A DNA stretch of 64,000 nt from Candidatus Kapaibacterium sp. (GTDB taxonomy: Bacteria; Bacteroidota; Ignavibacteria; Kapaibacteriales; Kapaibacteriaceae), in contig VERF01000002.1 of NCBI GenBank assembly GCA_018882895.1, forward strand, positions 10,842 to 74,841, in the 5' to 3' direction. The notes beneath the pieces were generated by a model. That model saw nothing but the letters and a program-made list of their open reading frames with translations, was not told where the DNA came from and did not search any database. Numbering within the stretch: the first letter of the stretch is position 1; each line of letters opens with the position of its first letter. Below are positions 27,037 to 35,724 of this stretch, one piece after another. The position numbers were made by a program, and so were the translations under genes.

Positions 27037-28032
27037 ATGCACGTCCTTACCGGCATCCAGAATGATCACTGCCATCTGCTTGATGGCCCAGGCGCATACG
27101 AATGGTGGTATGCCGATGCCCTCGATGCGACCGGTCAGTGGGGTGTGGTTCTGATCCTCTTTCGCGGCATGCCGATGTCGCCCGATTATTTGGCTGACCC
27201 TCGAGCTATGAGCGGTGGATATGCAGTGAGCATCTATCACAGAGGTGTACGCCTTGCCTTCGGCTTTGGAGGTTTTCCACTCGAGTCATGTCAATTCGAT
27301 GCAGACGGCGTGGGTGTGTCTATGCCATGCGGTGGTCTAAAGGTTGGAGCCGACGGGCTCACGATGTCCATCGATGCCCCCTGCGGAAGTGACGGCCGGC
27401 GCGTCAACGTTGTCCTTCGCATGCCCGAGGTGCGGCAGCCGGCATCAGCTCTTGACGAAGCATCCGATGGGCACAGCTGGGTGTTGTCGGCAGCGCGGGC
27501 CGCTGCCGAGGTCAGCCTCGAGATCAGTGAGGAGCATGGCCGTGTTGTTCATCACCAGTTCGAAGCGCTGGCATATCATGATCACAACTTGGGCACGCGT
27601 GCCATGTCGTGTGACTACCGCGATTGGTACTGGGGCAGAGTTCAGGGGGCGAAGCAGACCTACGTGTATCTGTTCACTCGCCGCTCGGCAGATAACTCAA
27701 CATGGTTCGGACGTGTGCTTCCGGACGGACGTGTCGAGAGATTTGAGCAGGTAACTGTTGCACTGAATCGACCTCGGATCACAATGTTTGGACTGATGCA
27801 TCACCGAACGATCCGCCTCTCGGGGGTCGACTCAACCGGACAGATTCACGAGGTGGAGTGTCACAATGATTCGGTTTGCGAGGATGGACCGTTCTATCAG
27901 CGATATGTCAGCTCGTGGCACACCGGAGATGGCGAATTGGCCTATGGAATGTCTGAGTACATGAACGCTCGGCGCCTTGCCGAGCCATGGATACGCCCCT
28001 TTCTTCGACTACCGTGGGTGGTATCTTCGTGA
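27037..28032 (+). CDS. CrtC-like carotenoid 1,2-hydratase (hydroxyneurosporene-synthase family)
   Basis: N-terminal GAYEWWYADALDATGQWGVVLILFRGMPMSPDY resembles the CrtC pattern WWY.DA.sddG...i.F.GsvFSPyY, recalled from memory. Confidence 0.6.
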   Translation: MHVLTGIQNDHCHLLDGPGAYEWWYADALDATGQWGVVLILFRGMPMSPDYLADPRAMSGGYAVSIYHRGVRLAFGFGGFPLESCQFDADGVGVSMPCGGLKVGADGLTMSIDAPCGSDGRRVNVVLRMPEVRQPASALDEASDGHSWVLSAARAAAEVSLEISEEHGRVVHHQFEALAYHDHNLGTRAMSCDYRDWYWGRVQGAKQTYVYLFTRRSADNSTWFGRVLPDGRVERFEQVTVALNRPRITMFGLMHHRTIRLSGVDSTGQIHEVECHNDSVCEDGPFYQRYVSSWHTGDGELAYGMSEYMNARRLAEPWIRPFLRLPWVVSS

Positions 28033-28034
28033 CC

Positions 28035-29810
28035 ATGCCAGGTAGCATCCAGATACTGCCCGAACACATCGCCAATCAGATCGCTGCTGGCGAGGTGGTG
28101 CAGCGTCCCGAGTCGGTTGTCAAAGAACTCGTTGAGAATTCAATTGATGCCGGCGCCGGCTGCGTGACGGTCGTTGTGCAGGGGGCTGGAAAGAGTCTCA
28201 TCCACATCATCGATGATGGCGCCGGTATGTCCCGACCGGATCTCGAGCTCTGTCTCGTCAGACATGCCACGAGCAAGATCCGCACCGAAGAGGACCTTCA
28301 TCGCATCGGCACACTCGGATTTCGTGGTGAAGCCATGGCGTCCATTGCCGCCGTTGCCGATGTGGAAGTACGCACGCGTCACCGAGCTGAGGAACTCGGA
28401 TGGACACTCACCTCGCATCCTGGCAAGCCCCTTGCCATTGCGCCGGCAACGAACGACATCGGAACGCAGATCTTGGTGCGGCAGCTCTTCGGATCGGTAC
28501 CCGGACGTCGCAAGTTCCTGAAGTCGGACATGACGGAGTTTCGCTATATCAGCGAAACGATGCAGACGCTTGCGCTCTCACGTCCCAACGTCCGATTTGT
28601 CTTTTATGACGGACCAACGCGTGTGTTCGATCTGGCACCAGCAGACCTAAGGACGCGCATCGCAGAGGTGCTGACCGTTGATCCTATTCGATCACTCATC
28701 GAGGTTTCGGCTTCAGATTCGGGTATAAGCCTCTCTGGATACGTATCGCCTCCGGAAGTATCGCGTCAGAATCGAAGCGGACAATTCCTGTTCCTCAACG
28801 GGCGCCCGATCAAGAGCAGGGCGCTGTCTCATGCTGTGAACCAGGCCTATGAGCATCTGGTTTCAGACAGGCAGTTTCCGCTGTTCTCGTTGTATCTGGA
28901 CATCGACCCGGAGCGCGTCGACGTCAACGTCCACCCACAAAAGCACGAAGTGAAGTTCGAAGACGAGCGTGCCGTGTTCCTTCTGTTGCAGGATGCGGTG
29001 ATGCGCGCGCTGGCGCGGGTGAACATCATCCCGCCGATCATGTCGAACGTTCCCATTGCCTCAAGTCCATTGCGCACGCTCGGCAGCGAGCCGATGTCAG
29101 GGGGCTTGATGGTCAACCGCATGACGGGAGAGATACTCCAATCAGGCGGCGGGTTCAGCGATCGCAACTATCAGCCCGCTCAGCCGACGCGCTTCACGGC
29201 AGCACATCAGAGGTCTCACGACATGTTGTTTGCGCCGTCTGAGGTGCCGCAAGAGACCATCTCGGTGCTGCACGCAACCGCCGAGCGGATCATCTGCGTG
29301 ATCCCAGCCGGCGTCATGATCGTGCGTCCGACCTTCGCATCCGAGAGAATCTTCTTCGAGCAGATCATGGCAAAGTCCGCAGGAGATCTCAGTCCGCAGA
29401 CGCTCATGTTCCCGGTGGAGATTCCGCTTGATGCTCACCGACGTGCGCAGATCGAAGAGCATCGGCAGACGATCATGGATTCGGGATTTGAATTCGATCT
29501 CGGAGAATCGTCGATGACCATTTTGGCTGTTCCCTCGATCATAGCTCCGGGGGAGGAACATCTGGTGATCGACGAGCTTATTAGTGCCATGACCGACGTC
29601 GAGAATGCCCCCTCCATTGATCGTCACGAAGCGCTCGTGGCGCAGTTGGCCCGGCAGTATGCGCGCAGGAGTGTTGTTGGCATGACTCCCGAGAGGGCGC
29701 AGATGGTTGTTCGCCAGCTTCGTGAATGCAATATCACGCACCACACGCCGTTTGGACAGCCCACTTTTACGGTGATTCCGTTTGACGAGATCGACGCGAG
29801 GTTTTCATGA
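28035..29810 (+). CDS. mutL: DNA mismatch repair protein MutL
   Basis: IQILPEHIANQIAAGEVVQRPESVVKELVENSIDAG and GFRGEAMASI motifs. Start moved to the ATG at 28035, just after the crtC-like stop. Confidence 0.93.
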   Translation: MPGSIQILPEHIANQIAAGEVVQRPESVVKELVENSIDAGAGCVTVVVQGAGKSLIHIIDDGAGMSRPDLELCLVRHATSKIRTEEDLHRIGTLGFRGEAMASIAAVADVEVRTRHRAEELGWTLTSHPGKPLAIAPATNDIGTQILVRQLFGSVPGRRKFLKSDMTEFRYISETMQTLALSRPNVRFVFYDGPTRVFDLAPADLRTRIAEVLTVDPIRSLIEVSASDSGISLSGYVSPPEVSRQNRSGQFLFLNGRPIKSRALSHAVNQAYEHLVSDRQFPLFSLYLDIDPERVDVNVHPQKHEVKFEDERAVFLLLQDAVMRALARVNIIPPIMSNVPIASSPLRTLGSEPMSGGLMVNRMTGEILQSGGGFSDRNYQPAQPTRFTAAHQRSHDMLFAPSEVPQETISVLHATAERIICVIPAGVMIVRPTFASERIFFEQIMAKSAGDLSPQTLMFPVEIPLDAHRRAQIEEHRQTIMDSGFEFDLGESSMTILAVPSIIAPGEEHLVIDELISAMTDVENAPSIDRHEALVAQLARQYARRSVVGMTPERAQMVVRQLRECNITHHTPFGQPTFTVIPFDEIDARFS

Positions 29811-30448
29811 GCCCCTTTACAAGACTTCTGCTGTGCCTTGGAGCAGTGTGCGTTTCGGTAACTGCCGCGGCCTCAGCGCGCACAACGTCAGCTGATGATC
29901 CCGACCTTGATACACTTGCAATGTGGCTTACCGGATCGTTCTCCAGTGAACGACATTCCAAGCTTGACACGAGCTACTACCATGTTGTTTTGAACATGCA
30001 ACGCATGTGGAAGGACCGCACAGACGGCATCTGGATCGTTGTCGAGCAGGCCATGGCTGCCACGCCCGAGGCACCTTATCGGCAAAGAGTTTACCGTTTG
30101 CTGCGCGTCGAAGAGAACATGATCGAGATCGAGATCTATGCGTGGAAGGATCCGAAGCGTGTAGTAGGCGCATGGAAGAACATTGCTGCGCTCGACGAGC
30201 TGAAGCCTTCGGACCTTGCGCTTCGTCGTGGTTGCGAAGTATATCTCCAGCGTGATGATGTAAAGTTTTTTGGCAGCACGCACGGTACGGCCTGCGCCAG
30301 TGACATACGCGGCGCTTCCTATGCCACTTCAGAAGTACAGATCGCCGCGAGTGTAATCACAAGTTGGGATAGGGGGTTCACCACCAGCGGAGACCAAGCC
30401 TGGGGTGCTGTGAAGGGGCCTTACTACTTCCTGAGACAAAACCCCTAG
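29807..30448 (+). CDS. CpcT/CpeT-family (DUF1001) lipocalin-like protein with a signal peptide
   Basis: LTGSFSSE, YRQRVYRLL and SWDRGF...QAWGAVKGPYYFLRQ motifs typical of the family. ATGA overlap with mutL. Confidence 0.65.
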   Translation: MSPFTRLLLCLGAVCVSVTAAASARTTSADDPDLDTLAMWLTGSFSSERHSKLDTSYYHVVLNMQRMWKDRTDGIWIVVEQAMAATPEAPYRQRVYRLLRVEENMIEIEIYAWKDPKRVVGAWKNIAALDELKPSDLALRRGCEVYLQRDDVKFFGSTHGTACASDIRGASYATSEVQIAASVITSWDRGFTTSGDQAWGAVKGPYYFLRQNP

Positions 30449-30488
30449 TTTTGCAGCTCATAACAATCATTATCCCGTAAGGAAGAGA

Positions 30489-31313
30489 ATGTCTGTGTCT
30501 CAGCAGTATGCACTGATTCTCGGTGTTTCGAGCGGATTCGGTCGCGCGGCTGCCCGTGCCATGGCCGAAGAAGGACTTCACATCATCGGCGTGCACATGG
30601 ATAGGGCCGCCGGAATGCAGCAGGTTGCAGAGCTGAAGGCCGAGCTCACGGAACTCGGTGTGCGACACCTCTTCTTCAATCTCAATGCAGCCGATGCTGA
30701 CCGCCGTGGCGAGATCATGGATGGTATTCGCCTGGAGTTTGAAGCCCATCCGGGATCCACAATCCGTTTGATGCTGCACTCGCTGGCCTTTGGAACCCTG
30801 AAGCCCTTTGTTGCCGATCAGCCTGCAGATGCGATCTCGCAGAAGAATCTTGAGATGACGCTTGACGTTATGGCAAACTCTCTGGTCTACTACGCTCAGG
30901 ACATCGTCCGCAGGGGGCTGATGTCCCCAGGTGGCCGTATCGTCGGACTTACCAGTGCCGGAGCCTCGCGCGTTCTGCCAATGTATGGGGCCGTCTCTGC
31001 CGCAAAGGCCGCCATGGAAGCATATTGTCGGCAGCTCGCACTCGAATTGGCACCCCACGGCATCACGGCCAACACCATCCGCGCGGGCGTCACGGCCACA
31101 CCTGCGCTATCGAAGATTCCCGGCAATGACGTGATCATGAACAATGCGCTTATGCGCAATCCACATCACCGTCTGACAACTCCGGATGATGTCGCCAACG
31201 TCCTGCGTCTGCTGGTTAAGGATCACGCCTACTGGATCAACGGTGAAACCCTTGGCGTAGACGGCGGAGAAGATGCCGTCGATCTGACATGGTGGAAGCC
31301 GAATAACGAGTGA
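30489..31313 (+). CDS. SDR-family enoyl-ACP-reductase-like oxidoreductase (FabL/FabI-type Y-x6-K)
   Basis: GVSSGFGRAAA nucleotide-binding motif and YGAVSAAK catalytic spacing (Tyr-x6-Lys). Confidence 0.7.
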   Translation: MSVSQQYALILGVSSGFGRAAARAMAEEGLHIIGVHMDRAAGMQQVAELKAELTELGVRHLFFNLNAADADRRGEIMDGIRLEFEAHPGSTIRLMLHSLAFGTLKPFVADQPADAISQKNLEMTLDVMANSLVYYAQDIVRRGLMSPGGRIVGLTSAGASRVLPMYGAVSAAKAAMEAYCRQLALELAPHGITANTIRAGVTATPALSKIPGNDVIMNNALMRNPHHRLTTPDDVANVLRLLVKDHAYWINGETLGVDGGEDAVDLTWWKPNNE

Positions 31314-31377
31314 CGAGTGACAAGTGACAAGTGACGAGTGACGAGTGACTAGTGACAAGTGACGAGTGACAAGTGAC
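31308..31377. repeat. Ten consecutive heptamers RAGTGAC
   Basis: GAGTGAC GAGTGAC AAGTGAC AAGTGAC GAGTGAC GAGTGAC TAGTGAC AAGTGAC GAGTGAC AAGTGAC. The first unit contains the TGA stop of the SDR gene. Confidence 0.95.
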
Positions 31378-31382
31378 GTCCT

Positions 31383-31431
31383 CCGTAATCCGTAATCCGT
31401 AATCCGTAATCCGTAATCCGTAATCCGTCAC
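31383..31431. repeat. Six perfect heptamers CCGTAAT plus a degenerate CCGTCAC
   Basis: Direct reading. The array ends 4 nt before the stop codon of the convergent CBS gene. It is flanked by AGTGACG and CGTCACT, which are reverse complements. Confidence 0.95.
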
Positions 31432-31435
31432 TGCC

Positions 31436-32797
31436 TTACAGATACTCCAGCACGTCGTGACGGGTCAGGATGCCGTTGATGCTTCCGAACTCTGTCACGG
31501 CCACGAGCGGCGCGTTGCGTAGCAGCTGGATGGCTGTTTGCACATCATTGTGAATGTCTACCGTTGGGCAGGGGGCATCCATAATCTGTGTAACGGGAGC
31601 TGTCAGCAGCTCGCGGTCATTGATGACGGCTGACATTAGGCGGGCCTCGCGTACCATGCCGGAGAGAGTGGCACCGTCGATAACTGGCACGTCGCTGACC
31701 TCGTGAGAACTCATCAGCGCCAGAGCTTCGGATACTGTTGCCGCCGGCGGGATGCTCACCACCGACGGAAGATGTCCGCGTGAACGCTTTGAGGCGACCA
31801 CATCGCGAACAGTGATGCGCTCGCGCTCCAGAAGATCTTTTTCTTCGAGCCACTCGTCAGAATGATGCTTTGTCAGGTACCGTTCGCCGGTATCGCATAT
31901 GATCGCCACCACAACGGCGGACTCATCGAGATTGGCCGCAACACGCAGGGCCGCGGCTACATTCATGCCCGACGAGCCTCCGCAGAAGATGCCTTCCTGA
32001 CGCGCCAGCTGGCGTGCCATGGAGAAGGCTTCCTTGTCGTTGACGTTGATGATCTCGTCGACCAGGTCGAGGTCAAGGTTGTCCGGGAGCCTGTCCTGGC
32101 CAACGCCCTCGATCAGGTAGGGAAGTGATTCGATCAGCCGTCCTGTTTCCTTGTACACCTTCAGTGATGATCCTACGGGATCGCCTGCGATCACCTTGAT
32201 CTTCGGGTTCATCGATTTGAGATATCGTGCCGTTCCGCTGATCGTGCCTCCCGTGCCCATGCCGGCTATGAAGTGTGTGATCTTCCCATCAGTATCACGC
32301 CAAAGCTCCGGGCCTGTTGTGCGCTCATGCGCGATGGCATTGGCCGGATTGTCGTATTGATTGAGGATCACGGCACCGGGGATCTCACCGGCCAATCGCT
32401 GAGCGGTGTTGACGTAGTACTCCGGTGAACTGGGCTTGGCTGCGCTGGGCATGATGAGGACCTCTCCGCCAAGAGCCTTAATGTATCGGACGCGTTCGAC
32501 GGATGCCTTGTCGGTGGTCACCAGCAGGCATGGATAGCCCTTCAGTCGGGCAGCAATGGTCAGACCAATGCCTGTATTGCCGCTTGTCGGCTCAATGATG
32601 AGCGACCCGGGCTTGAGACGTCCGCTGCGTTCGGCATCCTCGATCATGGCAATGCCGATGCGATCCTTGATCGAACCACCCGGATTTCGTGACTCAAGTT
32701 TGACGAGGACCGTTGCCTTGATGTTGCGAGCTAACGCATTCAGGCGGATAAGGGGCGTGTTGCCGATCAGGTCGAGGACAGACGACTGGACGTTCAT
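31436..32797 (-). CDS. Cystathionine beta-synthase-type PLP enzyme with a C-terminal CBS-domain pair
   Basis: PLP-lysine motif GGSIKDR, TSGNTG and GTGGT motifs, and two CBS repeats at the C-terminus. Confidence 0.88.
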   Translation of the reverse strand: MNVQSSVLDLIGNTPLIRLNALARNIKATVLVKLESRNPGGSIKDRIGIAMIEDAERSGRLKPGSLIIEPTSGNTGIGLTIAARLKGYPCLLVTTDKASVERVRYIKALGGEVLIMPSAAKPSSPEYYVNTAQRLAGEIPGAVILNQYDNPANAIAHERTTGPELWRDTDGKITHFIAGMGTGGTISGTARYLKSMNPKIKVIAGDPVGSSLKVYKETGRLIESLPYLIEGVGQDRLPDNLDLDLVDEIINVNDKEAFSMARQLARQEGIFCGGSSGMNVAAALRVAANLDESAVVVAIICDTGERYLTKHHSDEWLEEKDLLERERITVRDVVASKRSRGHLPSVVSIPPAATVSEALALMSSHEVSDVPVIDGATLSGMVREARLMSAVINDRELLTAPVTQIMDAPCPTVDIHNDVQTAIQLLRNAPLVAVTEFGSINGILTRHDVLEYL

Positions 32798-34554
32798 GTG
32801 AGCTGTTGTTCCAATTGTTGGCGTTCGTACATGTCAAAATACAGACCGCGTCGCTGAAGAAGTTCGCCGTGCGAGCCCCTTTCCACGATGCGACCATCAT
32901 GGAGCACAATGATGGTTGTGCAGCGTTGGACTGTTGAGATGCGATGAGAAATCACAATGGTCGTGCGCCCGGCCATGACGCTCTCCAGGCCGCTCATGAT
33001 CCGGTCTTCCGTGTTTGCATCCACGGCGGAGAGGGCATCGTCGAGGATGAGGATGCGAGGATCGCTCACGATCGCGCGCGCAAGAGAAGTGCGCTGCTTT
33101 TGTCCACCCGAGAGGGTAACGCCGCGTTCGCCAACCACAGTGTCGAATCCTCCCGGCAGAGTTGCAATGTCGGTCGGAAGCTGAGCGATCCGCGCAGCTT
33201 GGTCAACCTGCTCGTCAGTAGCGTCCGGGCGACCGAAGCGAATGTTCTCACGAATTGTTTCAGAGAACAAAAAGGACTCCTGAGGAACCATGGCAATTGC
33301 CGATCGAAGGTCACTCAGTGAATAGTCTCGCACATCATGCCCGTCGATGATCACGCTACCATCGGTAACATCATAGAGTCGGGGCAGCAGGCCAACGATC
33401 GACGATTTACCGCTGCCCACTGAGCCAACGATGCCGAGGCTTTGTCCGGGAGCGACGTTGAACGACACTCCGTCGAGCACCCGACGCGAACCATCGTAGC
33501 TGAGCGTGACGTTGCGGAATTCAATTCCGCCACCGATGTCAGAAGGCGCCAACGTTCCTGAAACGATCGTTGAGGGGGCGTCGATGATCACGCCAAGGCG
33601 TCCAATGGAGGCAGCGCCGCGTTGGATCATGCTCGTCACCCAGCCGATGGCGGCGATAGGCCACAACAGCTGATTGAGATAGATGAAGAACTGCGTCAGC
33701 TCTCCTACAGTAAGGTCATTCTGCACCACGAGCCAGCCTCCGACCCCGATGACGATGACGTAGCTGAGGTTGAAAAGAACCGTCATGCCGGGCATCATCA
33801 GGGACTGAATACGTGCCAGACGCATGTTCTTTCGGTAGTACTCGCGACTCAGATCGTCGAACCTCTCAGCCTCGTCGTCTCCCCGTGCATAGGCACGCAC
33901 CACCCGAATGCCGGAGGCCGTTTCCTGGGCATGGGTGGTGATGTGTTCATAATGTTCCTGAACGATGCGATAGTTGGCGTGAATGCGGCGGCCCAGTCGG
34001 TAGGTAAGCGTTGACACGAGCGGCACCGGGATGAGGATGGCGATCGAGAGCCATCCGTTAAGGTTGATCATCCACGAGAGGGCGAAGGCAAAGGTCGTGA
34101 TCGTGTTGGCCGTATACATGATGGCCGGTCCGATGAATTCACGCACCGAGCCAATGTCGTTCGAGAAGTGGGCAAGCAGAGAGCCAGTTGACCGGTCATG
34201 AAAGAATCTTGCCGGTTGGATCTTGAGGGCGTTGACGAAGTCATTGCGGAGATCTTCCTCCACGAGGCGCGACATCACGATGATCGTGCGTCGTGTGGCG
34301 AACATGAACGTGCCACTCCCGATGGTGAGAAGCAGGATCTGCGCGATGAGCCAGCCGATATCAGACTGCGTCGTGCCTGATTCCTTCAGAGCGTCAATGG
34401 TCGTGCCGACGACGTGCGGCACCGTTGTCGAGCAGATGTTCGACAGTGTGATAAAGACAAGTCCCAGCGCCGTGCGACCCTTGTAACGTCGCACATACGG
34501 CAGGAGCCGGCGTAGCTCGCTCAGTGCACCGGTGACGGGTTTTGAATCAGACAT
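32794..34554 (-). CDS. ABC transporter, fused permease/ATPase (MsbA/MdlB-like exporter)
   Basis: Six-helix TMD, Walker A GSVGSGKSS, signature LSGGQKQR, and Walker B ILILDDALSAVD. Confidence 0.9.
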   Translation of the reverse strand: MSDSKPVTGALSELRRLLPYVRRYKGRTALGLVFITLSNICSTTVPHVVGTTIDALKESGTTQSDIGWLIAQILLLTIGSGTFMFATRRTIIVMSRLVEEDLRNDFVNALKIQPARFFHDRSTGSLLAHFSNDIGSVREFIGPAIMYTANTITTFAFALSWMINLNGWLSIAILIPVPLVSTLTYRLGRRIHANYRIVQEHYEHITTHAQETASGIRVVRAYARGDDEAERFDDLSREYYRKNMRLARIQSLMMPGMTVLFNLSYVIVIGVGGWLVVQNDLTVGELTQFFIYLNQLLWPIAAIGWVTSMIQRGAASIGRLGVIIDAPSTIVSGTLAPSDIGGGIEFRNVTLSYDGSRRVLDGVSFNVAPGQSLGIVGSVGSGKSSIVGLLPRLYDVTDGSVIIDGHDVRDYSLSDLRSAIAMVPQESFLFSETIRENIRFGRPDATDEQVDQAARIAQLPTDIATLPGGFDTVVGERGVTLSGGQKQRTSLARAIVSDPRILILDDALSAVDANTEDRIMSGLESVMAGRTTIVISHRISTVQRCTTIIVLHDGRIVERGSHGELLQRRGLYFDMYERQQLEQQLT

Positions 34555-35618
34555 CAGGCGATCGTGACGTCCTGGCAGAGGTACACGTCCTGAATCGCAT
34601 TCAGGAGCTCGACGCCTTCGTTCATTGGTCGCTGGAAGGCCTTACGTCCTGAGATCAGTCCCATTCCTCCGGCCCGCTTGTTGATCACGGCTGTGGCAAC
34701 GGCCTCGGCCATGTCGTTTTGCCCCGATGCGCCACCCGAATTGATCAATCCGATGCGGCCCATGTAACAGTTAGCCACCTGATAACGGCACAGATCGATC
34801 GGGTGGTCGGACGACAGCTCGGAATACATTCGCTGGTCGAGTTTTCCATAGCTCGAGCTTCCCATGTTCAGGGACTGAAAACCGCCGTTGTTCTCCGGGA
34901 GCTTCTGCTTGATGATATCTGCACCAAGCGTTACGCCAAGGTGGTTTGCCTGACCCGTCAGGTCGGCTGCAACGTGGTAATCCTTGTCTGACTTAAAGGC
35001 GGGGTTTCTCAGATAGCACCAGAGAATGGTAGCCATACCGAGTTCGTGAGCAAGCGCGAACGCCTCGGAGATCTCTACGATCTGTCGTCCACTTTCGGGT
35101 GAGCCAAAGTAAATGGTCGCCCCGATCGCGGCAGCTCCCATATCATGCGCCTGACGAACGGTGCCGAACAGTATCTGGTCGAACTTGTTGGGATAGGTCA
35201 GTAGCTCGTTATGGTTGATCTTGACCACGAACGGTATATGGTGGGCATATTGGCGGGCAACGTTACCCAAGACACCAAAGGTGGAGGCCACGGCGTTGCA
35301 GCCCCCTTCAATGGCAAGCTCCACGATCCGAGCCGGATCGAAATAGATCGGATTCTTTGCGAACGATGCGCCGGCACTGTGTTCGATTCCCTGGTCAACG
35401 GGCAGGATCGACACATAACCGGTATTGGCCAGGCGTCCCGACGCATGGATCCACTGAAGGTTGTTCAGTACACGATTGCTGCGGTCCGAAGCGCCGAACA
35501 CGTCGCTGACTGATGAGGGCGAAGGAACGTAGATCGACTCCTTGGGGATCGTCGAACACGTGTGATCAAGCAGGTAGGGGGCTTGTTGTCCAAGAAGCGA
35601 CGCAATGCGGTCGTACAT
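34554..35618 (-). CDS. fbaB: Class I fructose-bisphosphate aldolase (FbaB type)
   Basis: Near-colinear similarity to E. coli FbaB as recalled ([48 protein letters not shown]). Confidence 0.9.
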   Translation of the reverse strand: MYDRIASLLGQQAPYLLDHTCSTIPKESIYVPSPSSVSDVFGASDRSNRVLNNLQWIHASGRLANTGYVSILPVDQGIEHSAGASFAKNPIYFDPARIVELAIEGGCNAVASTFGVLGNVARQYAHHIPFVVKINHNELLTYPNKFDQILFGTVRQAHDMGAAAIGATIYFGSPESGRQIVEISEAFALAHELGMATILWCYLRNPAFKSDKDYHVAADLTGQANHLGVTLGADIIKQKLPENNGGFQSLNMGSSSYGKLDQRMYSELSSDHPIDLCRYQVANCYMGRIGLINSGGASGQNDMAEAVATAVINKRAGGMGLISGRKAFQRPMNEGVELLNAIQDVYLCQDVTIA

Positions 35619-35656
35619 CAGAACCTCGAAAATTGGGTGTGAGCGCGTGCAAATCT

Positions 35657-35698
35657 ACGAAAACGCAACGGGCGGCTCCGTTGACCGGAAGCCGCCCG
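35657..35698 (-). terminator. Rho-independent terminator of the giant vWA gene
   Basis: On the minus strand: GGGCGGCTTCCG-GTCAA-CGGAGCCGCCC followed by GTTGCGTTTTCG. Confidence 0.75.
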
Positions 35699-35724
35699 CT
35701 GAGGAGTGTCGATAGATGGCGTGA

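Noticed and set aside
31107-31431. ORFs 31107-31358 and 31237-31431 (minus strand), and 42143-42442 and 42201-42419, which encode repetitive peptides (SSLVTCHSSLV..., GLRITDYGLRITDYG...).
   Set aside because: They are simply translations of the heptamer DNA arrays. A 7-bp unit cycles through all three frames and gives 7-aa periodic peptides. They overlap real gene ends and have no start context.
31308-31431. Possible CRISPR array.
   Set aside because: The units are 7 bp, are directly adjacent and have no spacers. No cas genes are present in the window.
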